Assembly (NCBI GenBank): GCA_963718565.1
Contig: OY970364.1
Location: 1,632,001 to 1,696,000, forward strand
Length of the DNA stretch: 64,000 nt
Source: an uncultured Verrucomicrobiae bacterium
Lineage (GTDB): Bacteria > Chlamydiota > Chlamydiia > Chlamydiales > Rhabdochlamydiaceae
Direction of reading: 5' to 3'
The position numbers were made by a program, and so were the translations under genes. Each line of letters begins with the position of its first letter. Position 1 is the first letter of the stretch. Positions 37,982-48,065 of the stretch are shown piece by piece. The notes under the pieces are model-generated. The model ran no database searches, had not been told where the DNA came from, and was given only the letters and a program-made list of their open reading frames with translations.

Positions 37982-38758
37982 CTAACTATCTGGAAGGCTA
38001 ATCATTTCCTTGAGGGCTTGTTTAACAACAGAGCGTCCCATCAGCGCAATTGATTCGGTCAAAGGGATCTTTTTGGGGCAGACCGCAGCACAATTTTGCG
38101 CATTACCGCAATCTGTGACTCCCCCTTCTTCCATCAAAGGACGAAGACGCTCACCTTCCATCAACTTACCGACCGGATGCGAGTTGAAAAGACGCACTTG
38201 AGAAATAGGCGCAGGACCGATGAATTTGGAGCGCGCATTCACTTGAGGGCAAGCTTCGGTGCAGCAGCCACAAGTCATGCAGGTAGAGAGGACGTACATC
38301 GCTTCTTGAACTTTGGGACTGATTTTAGGTCCAAACCCGCGATCAAGCGCATCGTCCACTTCAACCCAGGCTCTGATTCGCTTAAGACTCTCGAACATGA
38401 GATCGCGATTGATGACAAGATCTTTGACAAGAGGAAATTTTGTCAACGGGGCAATGGCTACGGTATTGCTTGCAGTGGATTCAAGCAATTGATGGATCAA
38501 GGCCGTACAACCCTGTCTTGGGCGGCCATTGATCAACATGGAACACGATCCGCAAACCTCTTCCAAGCACCCTTGTTCCCAAGCAACGGGAGTGACTTTT
38601 TCTCCTTTGTGATTGATGGGATTTTTTTGAACCTCCATCAACGCTGCGGTGATATTAAAATAAGGCTTGAGTTCCAGTTCAAATTCTTCCCAATATTGCT
38701 TTCCAGAAACGCCGCGATACACTTTAAGAATAAATGTTCTTTTTGGCTTGTTTTCCAT
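37982..38758 (-). CDS. sdhB: Succinate dehydrogenase iron-sulfur subunit
   Basis: CLEEVCGSC, CMTCGCCTEACP and CGNAQNCAAVCP clusters. Confidence 0.97.
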   Translation of the reverse strand: MENKPKRTFILKVYRGVSGKQYWEEFELELKPYFNITAALMEVQKNPINHKGEKVTPVAWEQGCLEEVCGSCSMLINGRPRQGCTALIHQLLESTASNTVAIAPLTKFPLVKDLVINRDLMFESLKRIRAWVEVDDALDRGFGPKISPKVQEAMYVLSTCMTCGCCTEACPQVNARSKFIGPAPISQVRLFNSHPVGKLMEGERLRPLMEEGGVTDCGNAQNCAAVCPKKIPLTESIALMGRSVVKQALKEMISLPDS

Positions 38759-38770
38759 GCTTTCTTCTAC

Positions 38771-40654
38771 TCAGATAGGCAATTTGATGTTGGCTGGCAC
38801 ATTTTCAAAATGGGGAACGACTTTCTTCGCTTTGCTATAATCGCGAGCCACCGGTTTCAAGTAACGCAGGTCAACAGGGAGGTAACTGATCACAGGCTCG
38901 TCTTGATTCGGATCATATGTTGCCAGGGTGGTTTTCAACCAGTTTTGATCTTCGCGCTGAGAAAATTCAGGTTTATAATGCGAACCTCGGAACTCATCGC
39001 GCAACAATGCGCCTTTTGTGATCACGAGCGCAATTTCTAGCATGGGACCAAATTGACTCGCAAAAGCATACGTTTGATTGACAGTAGAGCCGCGGTCATC
39101 GAGACTGATCTGCTTGTAGCGTTCTCGAATTTCTTTAATTAGATTCACTGTTTTTTTCAGATCGGCATTATTGCGCTTCACCGTGACGTTCTTGATCATC
39201 ACATCTGCAAGCTCATCGTGCAATCGGTGGACGTTTTCCTTTCCTTCTCGTGTCATCAAATCCTGTTTCAAAGTCTCTTCACTAGTCAGTGCGTCCGCAA
39301 ATAGGCGCGAAGGTAAGTTGCCGTAACTCGCGCTCAACGTTTCGAGATAACGAGGAACTTCCATTCCTGCGACAAGCCCGCCAAAAATGCAAGAAAGCAA
39401 AGAGTTGGCGCCAAGACGATTAGCCCCATGATACTGAAATTCTGATTCGCCAACGTTAAAACAGCCTGGAATATTGGTCATTTGTCGAAAACGCTGCATG
39501 CGATCAGGATCATCTGCCGCCGGCCAGTCGACCCAAGCGCCTCCCATCGAATAATGGACAGCAGGAAAGATCTTCATCGGAACTCGGTGGGGATCGTCAC
39601 CTGTAAACTTCCGATAGATATCGAGGACCGATTCAATCTTATGTTGAATTTTAGCAGAAAGATGAGAGACGTCGAGATAGACCTGCATGCTGCCATCGAT
39701 GCCAAGGCCGAGCTCGCAAATGCGCAAGACCTCGCGAGCGCCAATGTCGCGTGGCACAAGGTTGCCAAAGGCAGGGTACATCTCTTCGAGGAAATACCAC
39801 GGCTGTCCAGTAAGACCGCAAGGAATCGTTCTCCCATCTGGGGCCATGATCGATTTTGAGGAGTCGCCATAGACCCAAACTCTTCCCCCCTCGCCGCGTG
39901 CTGACTCCGAGATTAAACGCAATTTATCTTCGCCAGGGATCGCCGTCGGATGGATCTGGATGAATTCCCCATTGGCGTATTTCATCCCTTGCATATAAAG
40001 ACGACCATTGGCAGCCCCGGTGCAAAAAGTCGAGTTAGTCGATTTTTTAAAAATAAGACCTGGACCGCCGGTCCCAAAAACAACAGCATCCGCTTTCAAT
40101 ACATCGAGCTTTAAATTGTTGAGGTCCATGATCACGATGCCGCGCGCGCACCCTTCTTCATCGAGAACAAGTCGCATAAATTCGTGATGTTCAAATTTTT
40201 CGACTTGCCCGTGTGCTTCATAGCGGCGGACTTGTTCATCTAAGGAATAAAGCAGCTGTTGCCCCGTGGAAGCACCACAAAAAGCTGTACGGTGATAGAG
40301 AGTTCCTCCAAATCGACGAAAATCAACATTACCTTCGGGAGTTCGGTTGAAAGTGCAACCAAATCGATCCAGCATTCGAATGATCCCCGGAGCAGCAAGA
40401 CACATCTCGAGCACAGGGGGTTGATCGGCGAGGAAATCACCTCCCTTAATTGTATCGTAAGCATGAATGAGCGGTGAGTCTTCCTCATTTTTTAAATTCA
40501 TCGCGGCATTGATTCCGCCTTGAGCACATACAGAATGGGATCGTTTGACTTTCGTTACGGAGACGATCTTGACATGACATCCATTTTCAGCCAGTTTCAT
40601 TGCACAGCTTAAGCCCGCAAGGCCTCCGCCAACTACGATGACTTCTTTTCCCAT
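38771..40654 (-). CDS. sdhA: Succinate dehydrogenase flavoprotein subunit
   Basis: GGGLAG, RSHSVCAQGG, QIHPT, SESARGEGG, HYSMGG and HGANRLGANSL motifs. Confidence 0.98.
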   Translation of the reverse strand: MGKEVIVVGGGLAGLSCAMKLAENGCHVKIVSVTKVKRSHSVCAQGGINAAMNLKNEEDSPLIHAYDTIKGGDFLADQPPVLEMCLAAPGIIRMLDRFGCTFNRTPEGNVDFRRFGGTLYHRTAFCGASTGQQLLYSLDEQVRRYEAHGQVEKFEHHEFMRLVLDEEGCARGIVIMDLNNLKLDVLKADAVVFGTGGPGLIFKKSTNSTFCTGAANGRLYMQGMKYANGEFIQIHPTAIPGEDKLRLISESARGEGGRVWVYGDSSKSIMAPDGRTIPCGLTGQPWYFLEEMYPAFGNLVPRDIGAREVLRICELGLGIDGSMQVYLDVSHLSAKIQHKIESVLDIYRKFTGDDPHRVPMKIFPAVHYSMGGAWVDWPAADDPDRMQRFRQMTNIPGCFNVGESEFQYHGANRLGANSLLSCIFGGLVAGMEVPRYLETLSASYGNLPSRLFADALTSEETLKQDLMTREGKENVHRLHDELADVMIKNVTVKRNNADLKKTVNLIKEIRERYKQISLDDRGSTVNQTYAFASQFGPMLEIALVITKGALLRDEFRGSHYKPEFSQREDQNWLKTTLATYDPNQDEPVISYLPVDLRYLKPVARDYSKAKKVVPHFENVPANIKLPI

Positions 40655-40663
40655 CTTAAGTCC

Positions 40664-41692
40664 TTAGAGACGTTCTCTTAAATTAATCCAATAAGTTCCC
40701 CATACAGCAATCAATCCGAGGAAGAGAAGAACTGCCATAAAAACAATGGAGACCATCACCCATGCTCTTTGTGCGGCCATTTTTAGCACCCATCCCCAAG
40801 TGATGAGAAATGTCCAAAACCCATTGCAGGCATGAAAACAAGCTGCAATGACAAAAATTGTGTACAGCGCAATGTAAATAGGATTTTTAAAAGTATTGCG
40901 CACCGCTAACAGTGACGCTGTGCCAAATTCTTTAGCGCAAGCAATGACATGTCCTGGAGACAACTTTTCTGTTTCTAGCGCTTGTACAAAATTGAGATGC
41001 GCTTGGTAGTTTTGTGCGGATCCTAATACGAGTGCTTTTTGCGAGTTATACTCTTGTGCTACAGGCCCTGTCCAAGGGTTAAACTTTTCTCCTTCTATCC
41101 TCTTTGCAACTTCTAACAAAGTTCGCTCTTTGCCACGCGCATCCAGAGCGACTCTTTCCTTTGCGACTGCATTCGCGTCAAAGAGAACAATATTCAGGCG
41201 ATCTGCCAATGTGTAAAGCCCATTGTCCATCGAAATGTCCACGAGATACACTGTCTGATCACCTACATGAACCTTATTCGGATATTCTAAAAATCGAAAT
41301 TTTGCGACGTGTAAAACGATCCCAATCAGCAAAATCCATGACGTGATGCGCTGCCAAGTATAGGCTTGATTGCGTCCTAAAGGTAAATGAGGCGCGCTCC
41401 CATCGCTGCGGTTGCTATTAAATCTCGCAGTCAACAAATACTTCACTCCCCAACAGGCATGAATGAAAATCGGTACTCCAATCAACATGATTTCAATCAC
41501 TTCGAGATAAGGCAGATTGTGAATGGCGTTGACCATTTCGACAAAACCTTTCCCATCATCCCCAAGCCAAAGGGCAGCCTGCGAATTGGTAAGCAAGTGT
41601 TCCATTAAAAACAGCACAATCCAAAGGCCCATCAAGGAATGGATTCTTCGCCAGATAAATGCCTTGGGTATTGCAGCAGACGCTACAGTCAT
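40664..41692 (-). CDS. sdhC: Succinate dehydrogenase cytochrome b558 subunit
   Basis: RRIHSLMG, EHLLTNS, WQRITS and FHACNGFWTF; first gene of sdhCAB; start placed at ATG 41692. Confidence 0.93.
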   Translation of the reverse strand: MTVASAAIPKAFIWRRIHSLMGLWIVLFLMEHLLTNSQAALWLGDDGKGFVEMVNAIHNLPYLEVIEIMLIGVPIFIHACWGVKYLLTARFNSNRSDGSAPHLPLGRNQAYTWQRITSWILLIGIVLHVAKFRFLEYPNKVHVGDQTVYLVDISMDNGLYTLADRLNIVLFDANAVAKERVALDARGKERTLLEVAKRIEGEKFNPWTGPVAQEYNSQKALVLGSAQNYQAHLNFVQALETEKLSPGHVIACAKEFGTASLLAVRNTFKNPIYIALYTIFVIAACFHACNGFWTFLITWGWVLKMAAQRAWVMVSIVFMAVLLFLGLIAVWGTYWINLRERL

Positions 41693-41770
41693 GAAAAAAT
41701 CCTTAAGATAAAACGGCTTTATACCCAAGTTGTCTCAAAATTTGGGTATACATTCGATGATTAACACTTG

Positions 41771-41950
41771 AGGGAATTGCAAAACTCCTCGCCGCATAAA
41801 ATCGCGCTTTTGGCACCTGTCGCCTTGGCGGCGGCTCTCCTACTTATCCAAGTATGCTTTCGCCGCCGCCAACCGAACCCGCTGTGCGTGTTCTGGCAAC
41901 AGGTGCCAAAATCATCGATTTTCTGCTGGCGAGGGATTTTGCAATTTCCT
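41771..41950. mobile_element. MITE family A, core form (180 bp) with 6-bp direct repeat
   Basis: TIR agg(g/a)aattgcaaaa..cctcgcc; CACTTG at 41765-41770 and 41951-41956. Confidence 0.9.
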
Positions 41951-41965
41951 CACTTGTTTTACAAG

Positions 41966-42745
41966 TTATATCACTTTAGAAAAAGAAAAAAACGCTTCCG
42001 CATTTTTCACAGTGGCCAATGCGAGTTTTTCAAGTGAAATTCTCTTAGCGTGAGCAATGATCTGCGCTGTTTCTTGAAGATAAGAGGGTTCATTCCTTTT
42101 GCCACGATGACTTTGTGGAGCAAGATAAGGAGAATCTGTTTCGATGAGCAATCGATCCAATGGAACATATTGCGCGACTTCCCTCAATCCTTCCGATTTT
42201 TTAAATGTCACAATGCCGCTAAGAGAGAGATACCATCCGCGATCTAAAACAGCTTTTGCTTCTTCAAGAGTTCCCGTGAAACAATGTAGAACTGCAGGAA
42301 AGCCGTGATATTCTTGATCTGCCATTGAAAAAAGGTCCGTAAAGGCATCTCGGCAATGAAAGATGAGTGGAAGTTTCACCTGTGTTGCGAGCGAAAAGTA
42401 CAACGATAGGTATTTCTGTTGTTCTTCACGGTTGGAATGCTCATAAAAATAATCCAATCCTGTTTCTCCAATCGCAATTAATTTTCCTTCCACAGCACAG
42501 CGCTCGACAAGAGGAAAAAAGGATGCCCCTTCGAGTTCCACATCATGCGGTGTCGTCGCGGCAGCATTAAAGACCCAGGGGTAATTGCCCCGCAGCAACA
42601 GCCCTTCTTTTAAGCTATTTTCATCCGTGCAAATATTGACGATTGTGCAGATCCCTTTTTCTTGTGCGCGACCCAACACGCCCTCGATAAGAGGAAGAAT
42701 CTGTTCCGATGTGAGATGGGCATGCGTGTCAATAAACTGCATCAA
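41966..42745 (-). CDS. tatD: TatD family hydrolase
   Basis: IDTHAH, IGETGLDY, FHCR, LHCF and ETDSPYLAP motifs. Confidence 0.95.
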   Translation of the reverse strand: MMQFIDTHAHLTSEQILPLIEGVLGRAQEKGICTIVNICTDENSLKEGLLLRGNYPWVFNAAATTPHDVELEGASFFPLVERCAVEGKLIAIGETGLDYFYEHSNREEQQKYLSLYFSLATQVKLPLIFHCRDAFTDLFSMADQEYHGFPAVLHCFTGTLEEAKAVLDRGWYLSLSGIVTFKKSEGLREVAQYVPLDRLLIETDSPYLAPQSHRGKRNEPSYLQETAQIIAHAKRISLEKLALATVKNAEAFFSFSKVI

Positions 42746-42763
42746 AACCCAGGTTGTAAATAT

Positions 42764-42928
42764 TAGACCTCTTGCATAACCTTATTTACCTGCTAAAATC
42801 GCCCTTTTTCCGGCCTTTTGATCCTCTGCTGCATCGCCTACTTCCTTAAGTATGTCTCGCAGCAGAGGATCAAAAGGCCGGGAAAATCATCGATTTTTTC
42901 AAGTAAAGCAGGTTATGCAAGAGGTCTA
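42764..42928. mobile_element. Palindromic element family G (165 bp), RPE-1-like termini
   Basis: Perfect 19-bp TIR tagacctcttgcataacct with TA ends; inner perfect stem ccggccttttgatcctctgctgc. Confidence 0.9.
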
Positions 42929-43100
42929 TTTAAGCGGGCTTATACCGTTCAGCATACACTTCACCACAGTTTTTATGCACCCTTCCATTCGCAGAGCTAT
43001 GGCTTTGTTGCATAAATGTTTGAATTTTACCACAGGGAATTGCAAAACTCCTAGTCACTAAGGGTGATATATTTATGTTGAAATAATGGGGCAAGCTAAA

Positions 43101-43146
43101 TTTTACTCATTGCATTGAGTGAAATTACTCAGTATATTGAGTAAAA
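43101..43146 (+). promoter_or_regulatory. Promoter with tandem palindromic operators
   Basis: TTGCAT-17nt-TATATT; each hexamer lies at the centre of a TTACTCA-N6-TGAGT(G/A)A palindrome. Confidence 0.7.
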
Positions 43147-43163
43147 AAGATATTAAGAGCCTT

Positions 43164-44360
43164 ATGCAAAAGCGACCCATCTTCTCCGAACTTATCAAGC
43201 GCCTTCAAGAGCCGCGTGGGTTTATTCAAGTTTTACTCGGACCGAGACAGGTAGGAAAAACTACGTTGGCATTGCAGGTCTCAGAAGTCATTAAAAGGCC
43301 TACACACTATATTTCGGCAGATTTAGCCACATTGCAAAATTTGGCATGGATTCAGCAACAGTGGGAAGTCGCAAGGAGTAAAGTTGCCTCATCTGAGGGT
43401 GCATTGTTAATTATCGACGAGGTGCAAAAGATTCCACATTGGTCAGATGCGATTAAGGCGCTTTGGGATTATGACACACGAAATCAAATCAATTTATCGG
43501 TGATGATTCTTGGCTCTTCTCCTTGGTTGATGCAAAAAGGATTGTTCGAAAGCCTAGCGGGCCGTTTTGAGATTATTCCAATCACACATTGGTCGTTTGG
43601 AGAAATGCATGAGCTTTTTGGGTGGACTTTAGATAAATACCTTTATTTTGGAGGATATCCAGGCGCTGCTTTATTAGCTGATGAAGATGATCCCTCGCGT
43701 TGGGGATATTACATCAATGAATCACTGATTGAAACAACGATTTCACGGGATATTCTTTTAATGACTCAGGTTAATAAGCCAGCTTTGCTGCGACGGCTAT
43801 TTCAATTAGGCTGTAACTATTCTGGGCAGATTCTTTCGTATTCTAAAATGTTAGGTGAACTGCAAGAAGCCGGAAACACAACTACTTTGGCCCACTATCT
43901 CGATTTATTGTCAGGCGCAGGATTACTCAGTGGCATACAAAAATTTGCAAAACAGCAAATAAGGCAAAAAGCATCTAGCCCAAAATTTTCTGTACTTAAT
44001 ACAGCCCTAATGTCGGCCCTATCGGGAAAAACTTTTAAACAGGCTCGCGAAGATCATGTTTTTTGGGGAAGACTTGTCGAATCTGCTATAGGAGCTTATC
44101 TTTTGAATGCTACTCGAGGCACACAAATAGAAGTTTTTTATTGGCGAGAAGGGGACAAGGAAGTTGATTTTGTTCTTAGCCGTGGAAATTCCATTACGGC
44201 AATTGAAGTCAAAAGCGGAAAAGAATCCATAAATAATTCAGGAATTGATCTTTTTGTCAGCAAATTCAAGCCAGAGCGTATTTTGTTGATTGGGAATCAG
44301 GGCATATCTATTGAACAATTCTTATTAACCCCTCTTTCAAATTTTATATCCAAGATCTAA
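43164..44360 (+). CDS. AAA+ ATPase with DUF4143 / PD-(D/E)XK-like C-terminus
   Basis: GPRQVGKTT, IIDEVQK, LGSS, SLAGR, GGYPG and EVDFV...AIEVKS motifs; start placed at ATG 43164. Confidence 0.9.
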   Translation: MQKRPIFSELIKRLQEPRGFIQVLLGPRQVGKTTLALQVSEVIKRPTHYISADLATLQNLAWIQQQWEVARSKVASSEGALLIIDEVQKIPHWSDAIKALWDYDTRNQINLSVMILGSSPWLMQKGLFESLAGRFEIIPITHWSFGEMHELFGWTLDKYLYFGGYPGAALLADEDDPSRWGYYINESLIETTISRDILLMTQVNKPALLRRLFQLGCNYSGQILSYSKMLGELQEAGNTTTLAHYLDLLSGAGLLSGIQKFAKQQIRQKASSPKFSVLNTALMSALSGKTFKQAREDHVFWGRLVESAIGAYLLNATRGTQIEVFYWREGDKEVDFVLSRGNSITAIEVKSGKESINNSGIDLFVSKFKPERILLIGNQGISIEQFLLTPLSNFISKI

Positions 44361-45248
44361 AGGAATCTGATAGGTCAGAGAAACATCGATTTTGACGACT
44401 TCTTCATGAGACAATTTGCGCACATGCGAAAAATCGCAGCGTGAAAAAGCTTTGGGCTTTTTGAGAATATCAATCAAAATATAAGGGGCAACTGTGATAA
44501 ATTCATATCCATGGACAAAATCAGTCCCGTTGAAATCATGAGAAAATTCTTCTTCGATTTGTGCTGTCCAATCCCGCTCCCAATTATGACTCCAGCTCAC
44601 GACCTTTCGAATGAGCTGTTCTTTAGTCCTTACCCAACTATAATGATGAAACATCGGATTGCCATCATTGCCAAGCATTCTCTTCGTCTTATTTCCGGGA
44701 ATCTCATCGTAGATTCCAGACCTTTCCAGCTCCGTCATTAAAAGGGTGCCATCCAAGATCTCTTTTTTCACTAAGAGCGGAGAATTTTCCCAAGTTTTAG
44801 CCTGCAACCGGCTTTCGCGAAAATACCAATAATTGCAAAACCGAATTGCCTCATAATCAGGATATGGAAATATCTTTAGCCACTCGGAAAAGCGCGGAAT
44901 GTCTGCGATCTCATCGCAATCCAGGAAAAAAGCATAACGGATATCACTTTTAAGAAAAAATCTTCCAATCATTCGCGCTAAATTATGCCAATACACTGAA
45001 GAATGGGATCCATATAAACTTTTGTCTGGATCGAAAGGGAACTCAATAAACTGAACATCAGGATGTTCAGCATAAATCCGATCCAGCGTTTCACGGTCTT
45101 CTTTCTTGCCATCAAAAAAATGGTCGCAAACAGGAATAATCACTTGTGCCGAAACGGGTTTTATGGAATCGATGCAATGACGCAAAAAAGGGTAATCGTT
45201 GCTGCAGAAGTTAATGACTGTGCCGAGAGGCGCCAAGCATGAGTTCAT
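44337..45248 (-). CDS. GT-A glycosyltransferase-like protein
   Basis: FLRHCIDSI, FFLDCDEI (DxD) and HHYSWVRT motifs. Confidence 0.75.
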   Translation of the reverse strand: MNSCLAPLGTVINFCSNDYPFLRHCIDSIKPVSAQVIIPVCDHFFDGKKEDRETLDRIYAEHPDVQFIEFPFDPDKSLYGSHSSVYWHNLARMIGRFFLKSDIRYAFFLDCDEIADIPRFSEWLKIFPYPDYEAIRFCNYWYFRESRLQAKTWENSPLLVKKEILDGTLLMTELERSGIYDEIPGNKTKRMLGNDGNPMFHHYSWVRTKEQLIRKVVSWSHNWERDWTAQIEEEFSHDFNGTDFVHGYEFITVAPYILIDILKKPKAFSRCDFSHVRKLSHEEVVKIDVSLTYQIPLDLGYKI

Positions 45249-46164
45249 ATTCGATCTGTCTTTTAAAAGCTTCTTTTTTGCTCACCATAATGACATTGGG
45301 AAAGCGATGCAAGCCCTTTAAATGCTCTTGATAAGACAGATCCGCGACATGAGGAACAGGCTCGATTAGGGGGTCAAAACTAGGCTCTACTTCGCGATAG
45401 CGATAGCAGCGGATAAAATCTTTACCATTAAAAGGGCGAGAAAATTCTTCCCGAATGAGACGTTTCCAATCCCGTTCCCAATAATGTCCCCATGAAGTAA
45501 ATTTTTTAATCAATTCTTCTTCCGTCCGTACTCCGCTGTAATGGCGAACCATCGGAGCGCCATCGCAACCGTGCACGCCAGGATCTTTTTTACCGGGAAG
45601 AGATTGAAAGACTCCCATCCTTTCGTCTTCATCCCACAAAACATGGGGTTCCATTGCCGTTTTTTTGACAAGTAAACTCAAGTCAGCGCACGTCAGCGCT
45701 TCATATTTGGCTTCGCGGAAATGCCAGAGTCCTGCAAACCGATAGGCAGAATGACCTTTAAAATCTGCTTTTGTGAGCCAATCCTTGAAACGCTCACTAT
45801 CGACAATTTCATCACAGTCTAGAAAAAAAAGAAATTCCGTGTCTGGAAAAGAATAGAAATAACTCAACCAGCGGCCTGTGTTATGCCATTCGTGCCGCCA
45901 ATGGATATGTTCAGGATAAAGAGGAGAAAAAGGGCGATAGCTTTGTTCCGCATCAAAATTAAACTCGAGAAATGCGCAATGGGGAAAAGAGCGAAAAGCT
46001 TCTTCTAGAAGGCCATAGTTTTCCTGGGAACCGTCAAAAAAATGATCACAGACAGTGATGATCACCTGCTCAGAAAAAGTTGAAACAGCATCGATACACT
46101 GTTTTAAAAAACGCCAATCATTTGAGCAAAAACTGATAACTGCACTAATTCTTGGAATTTGCAT
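45211..46164 (-). CDS. GT-A glycosyltransferase-like protein, paralog of the downstream gene
   Basis: FCSND, CDHFFDG, FFLDCDEI and HYSGVRT shared with 44337-45248. Confidence 0.75.
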   Translation of the reverse strand: MQIPRISAVISFCSNDWRFLKQCIDAVSTFSEQVIITVCDHFFDGSQENYGLLEEAFRSFPHCAFLEFNFDAEQSYRPFSPLYPEHIHWRHEWHNTGRWLSYFYSFPDTEFLFFLDCDEIVDSERFKDWLTKADFKGHSAYRFAGLWHFREAKYEALTCADLSLLVKKTAMEPHVLWDEDERMGVFQSLPGKKDPGVHGCDGAPMVRHYSGVRTEEELIKKFTSWGHYWERDWKRLIREEFSRPFNGKDFIRCYRYREVEPSFDPLIEPVPHVADLSYQEHLKGLHRFPNVIMVSKKEAFKRQIEYELMLGASRHSH

Positions 46165-46173
46165 TGACTCTGC

Positions 46174-46782
46174 TTATCTCCAGAAGCGATAACGGCGTGA
46201 GGCCTGATAATGTTCAATGACGACCTCCTCAGGATCAATCTCCTGAGCATCGATGTCAAAAACCTTCGCGTAGGCAATAGGAAGAGAGAAAACCCGCACT
46301 TGCTCTCCGCATTCAATCAAATCCACAAGGGAAATTTGATCTAAAAATTGCAAATCTTCTTTGTTGTCGATTCGAAGCTGACAATACTGACACCACTTAT
46401 CGGCAAATTCCAATCCGCGCTGCGTATAATTTAAGAAGAGAGAACCGGAGAAATATTTAAAACGCTTATCGTCTGAAAATCTCTTCATTTCGCGAAAAGC
46501 GAGGTCGCTATGGAACATCGAAGAAAAATCGGGCTTTTTCTTGAAAACAGCATCCGCATCGACCCAAAAAATCGAACGTTTTTTTTCCAAAAGTTTTCTG
46601 CGAATGAAAAAAGGTTTGATCGTACAGTTGCGCTCCCATGATCCTTCGGAAGGAATTCCATCGATCTCAGCTTCAATACCATGCGAATGGCAGGAGGCGA
46701 TCAATGACATCGCTTCGAATTGATAAGGAGAATTTTCTGTATAAAAACTGATGACCAAAGGATCTTGTGACATTCTTGACAA
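46174..46782 (-). CDS. Nucleotide-diphospho-sugar transferase-like protein
   Basis: IKPFFI, FWVDADAVF, DQISL and IEHYQASR motifs. Confidence 0.75.
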   Translation of the reverse strand: MSRMSQDPLVISFYTENSPYQFEAMSLIASCHSHGIEAEIDGIPSEGSWERNCTIKPFFIRRKLLEKKRSIFWVDADAVFKKKPDFSSMFHSDLAFREMKRFSDDKRFKYFSGSLFLNYTQRGLEFADKWCQYCQLRIDNKEDLQFLDQISLVDLIECGEQVRVFSLPIAYAKVFDIDAQEIDPEEVVIEHYQASRRYRFWR

Positions 46783-46854
46783 TTGCTCCTCGTTCAGGTA
46801 TTCTTAAAGAGATTTCGGTCACAATTGACCGAAAAAATTCATCACAGCAGATTC

Positions 46855-47616
46855 ATGAGCATTACTATCCCACTTTCCAACATCGGCGCCTTCGTTACAG
46901 CCTATGCCCAATCTGACCTTCTTGGTAAACTTATTATCTTAGGATTAATTTCTTTGTCCATCCTTTGCTGGATCCTCTTAGTCCAAAAAGTGTGGATCAC
47001 GCGCCAAGTAGGGCAGATTTCCAAAGCCTTCTACAAGGCTTATCAGTTAAATAAAGACCGCCTTTTACATCTCGAACTCGAAGAGCTCCCAAAGCCAAAA
47101 AATAAATTAATTCCCCATCCTTATGCAGAAATTTTTCGTGAACTAAAGACAAAAACCGTTGAAATCCTTAATAAGAACCATTTTTTTTCCTCAAAACATT
47201 CGGGCAAGGAAATCGGACAGGTTTACCTTTCTCCAAGCGATCTCGAAATTGTCGAGACGCATGTTTTAACGACAATTTCCTCTCAGATCAAGATCCTCGA
47301 GAAGAATCTTTTTATTCTCTCGACAATTATTACACTTGCTCCTTTTCTTGGACTTCTGGGAACTGTTTGGGGGATTTTGATCACTTTCTCTGAATTGCAC
47401 TCTGGGGGAACAGCTGGATCGAACAGCGCAGTTCTCGGCGGTTTATCGACCGCCCTCTCGACAACAGTTCTCGGATTGATCATTGCTATTCCTGCATTGA
47501 TCTCCTATAATTATCTTAAAAACGCGGTCAAGAATTATGCTTCGGATATGGAAGAGTTTCTCTATCAACTTCTTTCTTCCGTAGAGCTGCAATATCGCAA
47601 AGCAGATATCACATAA
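46855..47616 (+). CDS. tolQ: TolQ/ExbB proton channel
   Basis: APFLGLLGTVWGI and ALSTTVLGLIIAIPA; start placed at ATG 46855. Confidence 0.92.
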   Translation: MSITIPLSNIGAFVTAYAQSDLLGKLIILGLISLSILCWILLVQKVWITRQVGQISKAFYKAYQLNKDRLLHLELEELPKPKNKLIPHPYAEIFRELKTKTVEILNKNHFFSSKHSGKEIGQVYLSPSDLEIVETHVLTTISSQIKILEKNLFILSTIITLAPFLGLLGTVWGILITFSELHSGGTAGSNSAVLGGLSTALSTTVLGLIIAIPALISYNYLKNAVKNYASDMEEFLYQLLSSVELQYRKADIT

Positions 47617-47632
47617 GGTTATAAAGGCAACT

Positions 47633-48061
47633 ATGCGTAAGTTGCGCCTACCAGGCCTCAAAGAAGGATCATCCGAGGAAACTCATATCAATCTGACGCC
47701 TCTTATCGACGTTGTCTTCGTCGTTTTAATCATGTTTATCATCATCGCGCCTATGCTCGAGCTCGACCGCATTCAACTAGCCTCGGCAGCACAGCGCGAT
47801 AGCAAAGAGATAGCTGTCGTCCAAGAAAATAGCCCTGTAGCAATCCACGTCCACGAAGACAATTCGATTTGGATCAACAATCGAGTGGTGACAGAAAAGG
47901 AGTTGATTCACATTTTAAAACAAGCAAAACACGCTTATCCACAAAAGATTCCGCAACTCTTTCACGATAAAAAAGCTCAATTTGGCACGTACCAAACGGT
48001 GAAAAACGCCGTAGAAATCGCAGGGTTCGAACAGCTCGACGTCATCCTCCAACCAGGGTGA
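47633..48061 (+). CDS. tolR: TolR/ExbD
   Basis: INLTPLIDVVFVVLIMF. Confidence 0.92.
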   Translation: MRKLRLPGLKEGSSEETHINLTPLIDVVFVVLIMFIIIAPMLELDRIQLASAAQRDSKEIAVVQENSPVAIHVHEDNSIWINNRVVTEKELIHILKQAKHAYPQKIPQLFHDKKAQFGTYQTVKNAVEIAGFEQLDVILQPG

Positions 48062-48065
48062 GTTT

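Noticed and set aside
38096..39040. 314-aa plus-strand ORF (and similar antisense ORFs over polA, mnmG and gspE)
   Set aside because: Antisense to well-supported housekeeping genes; no motifs
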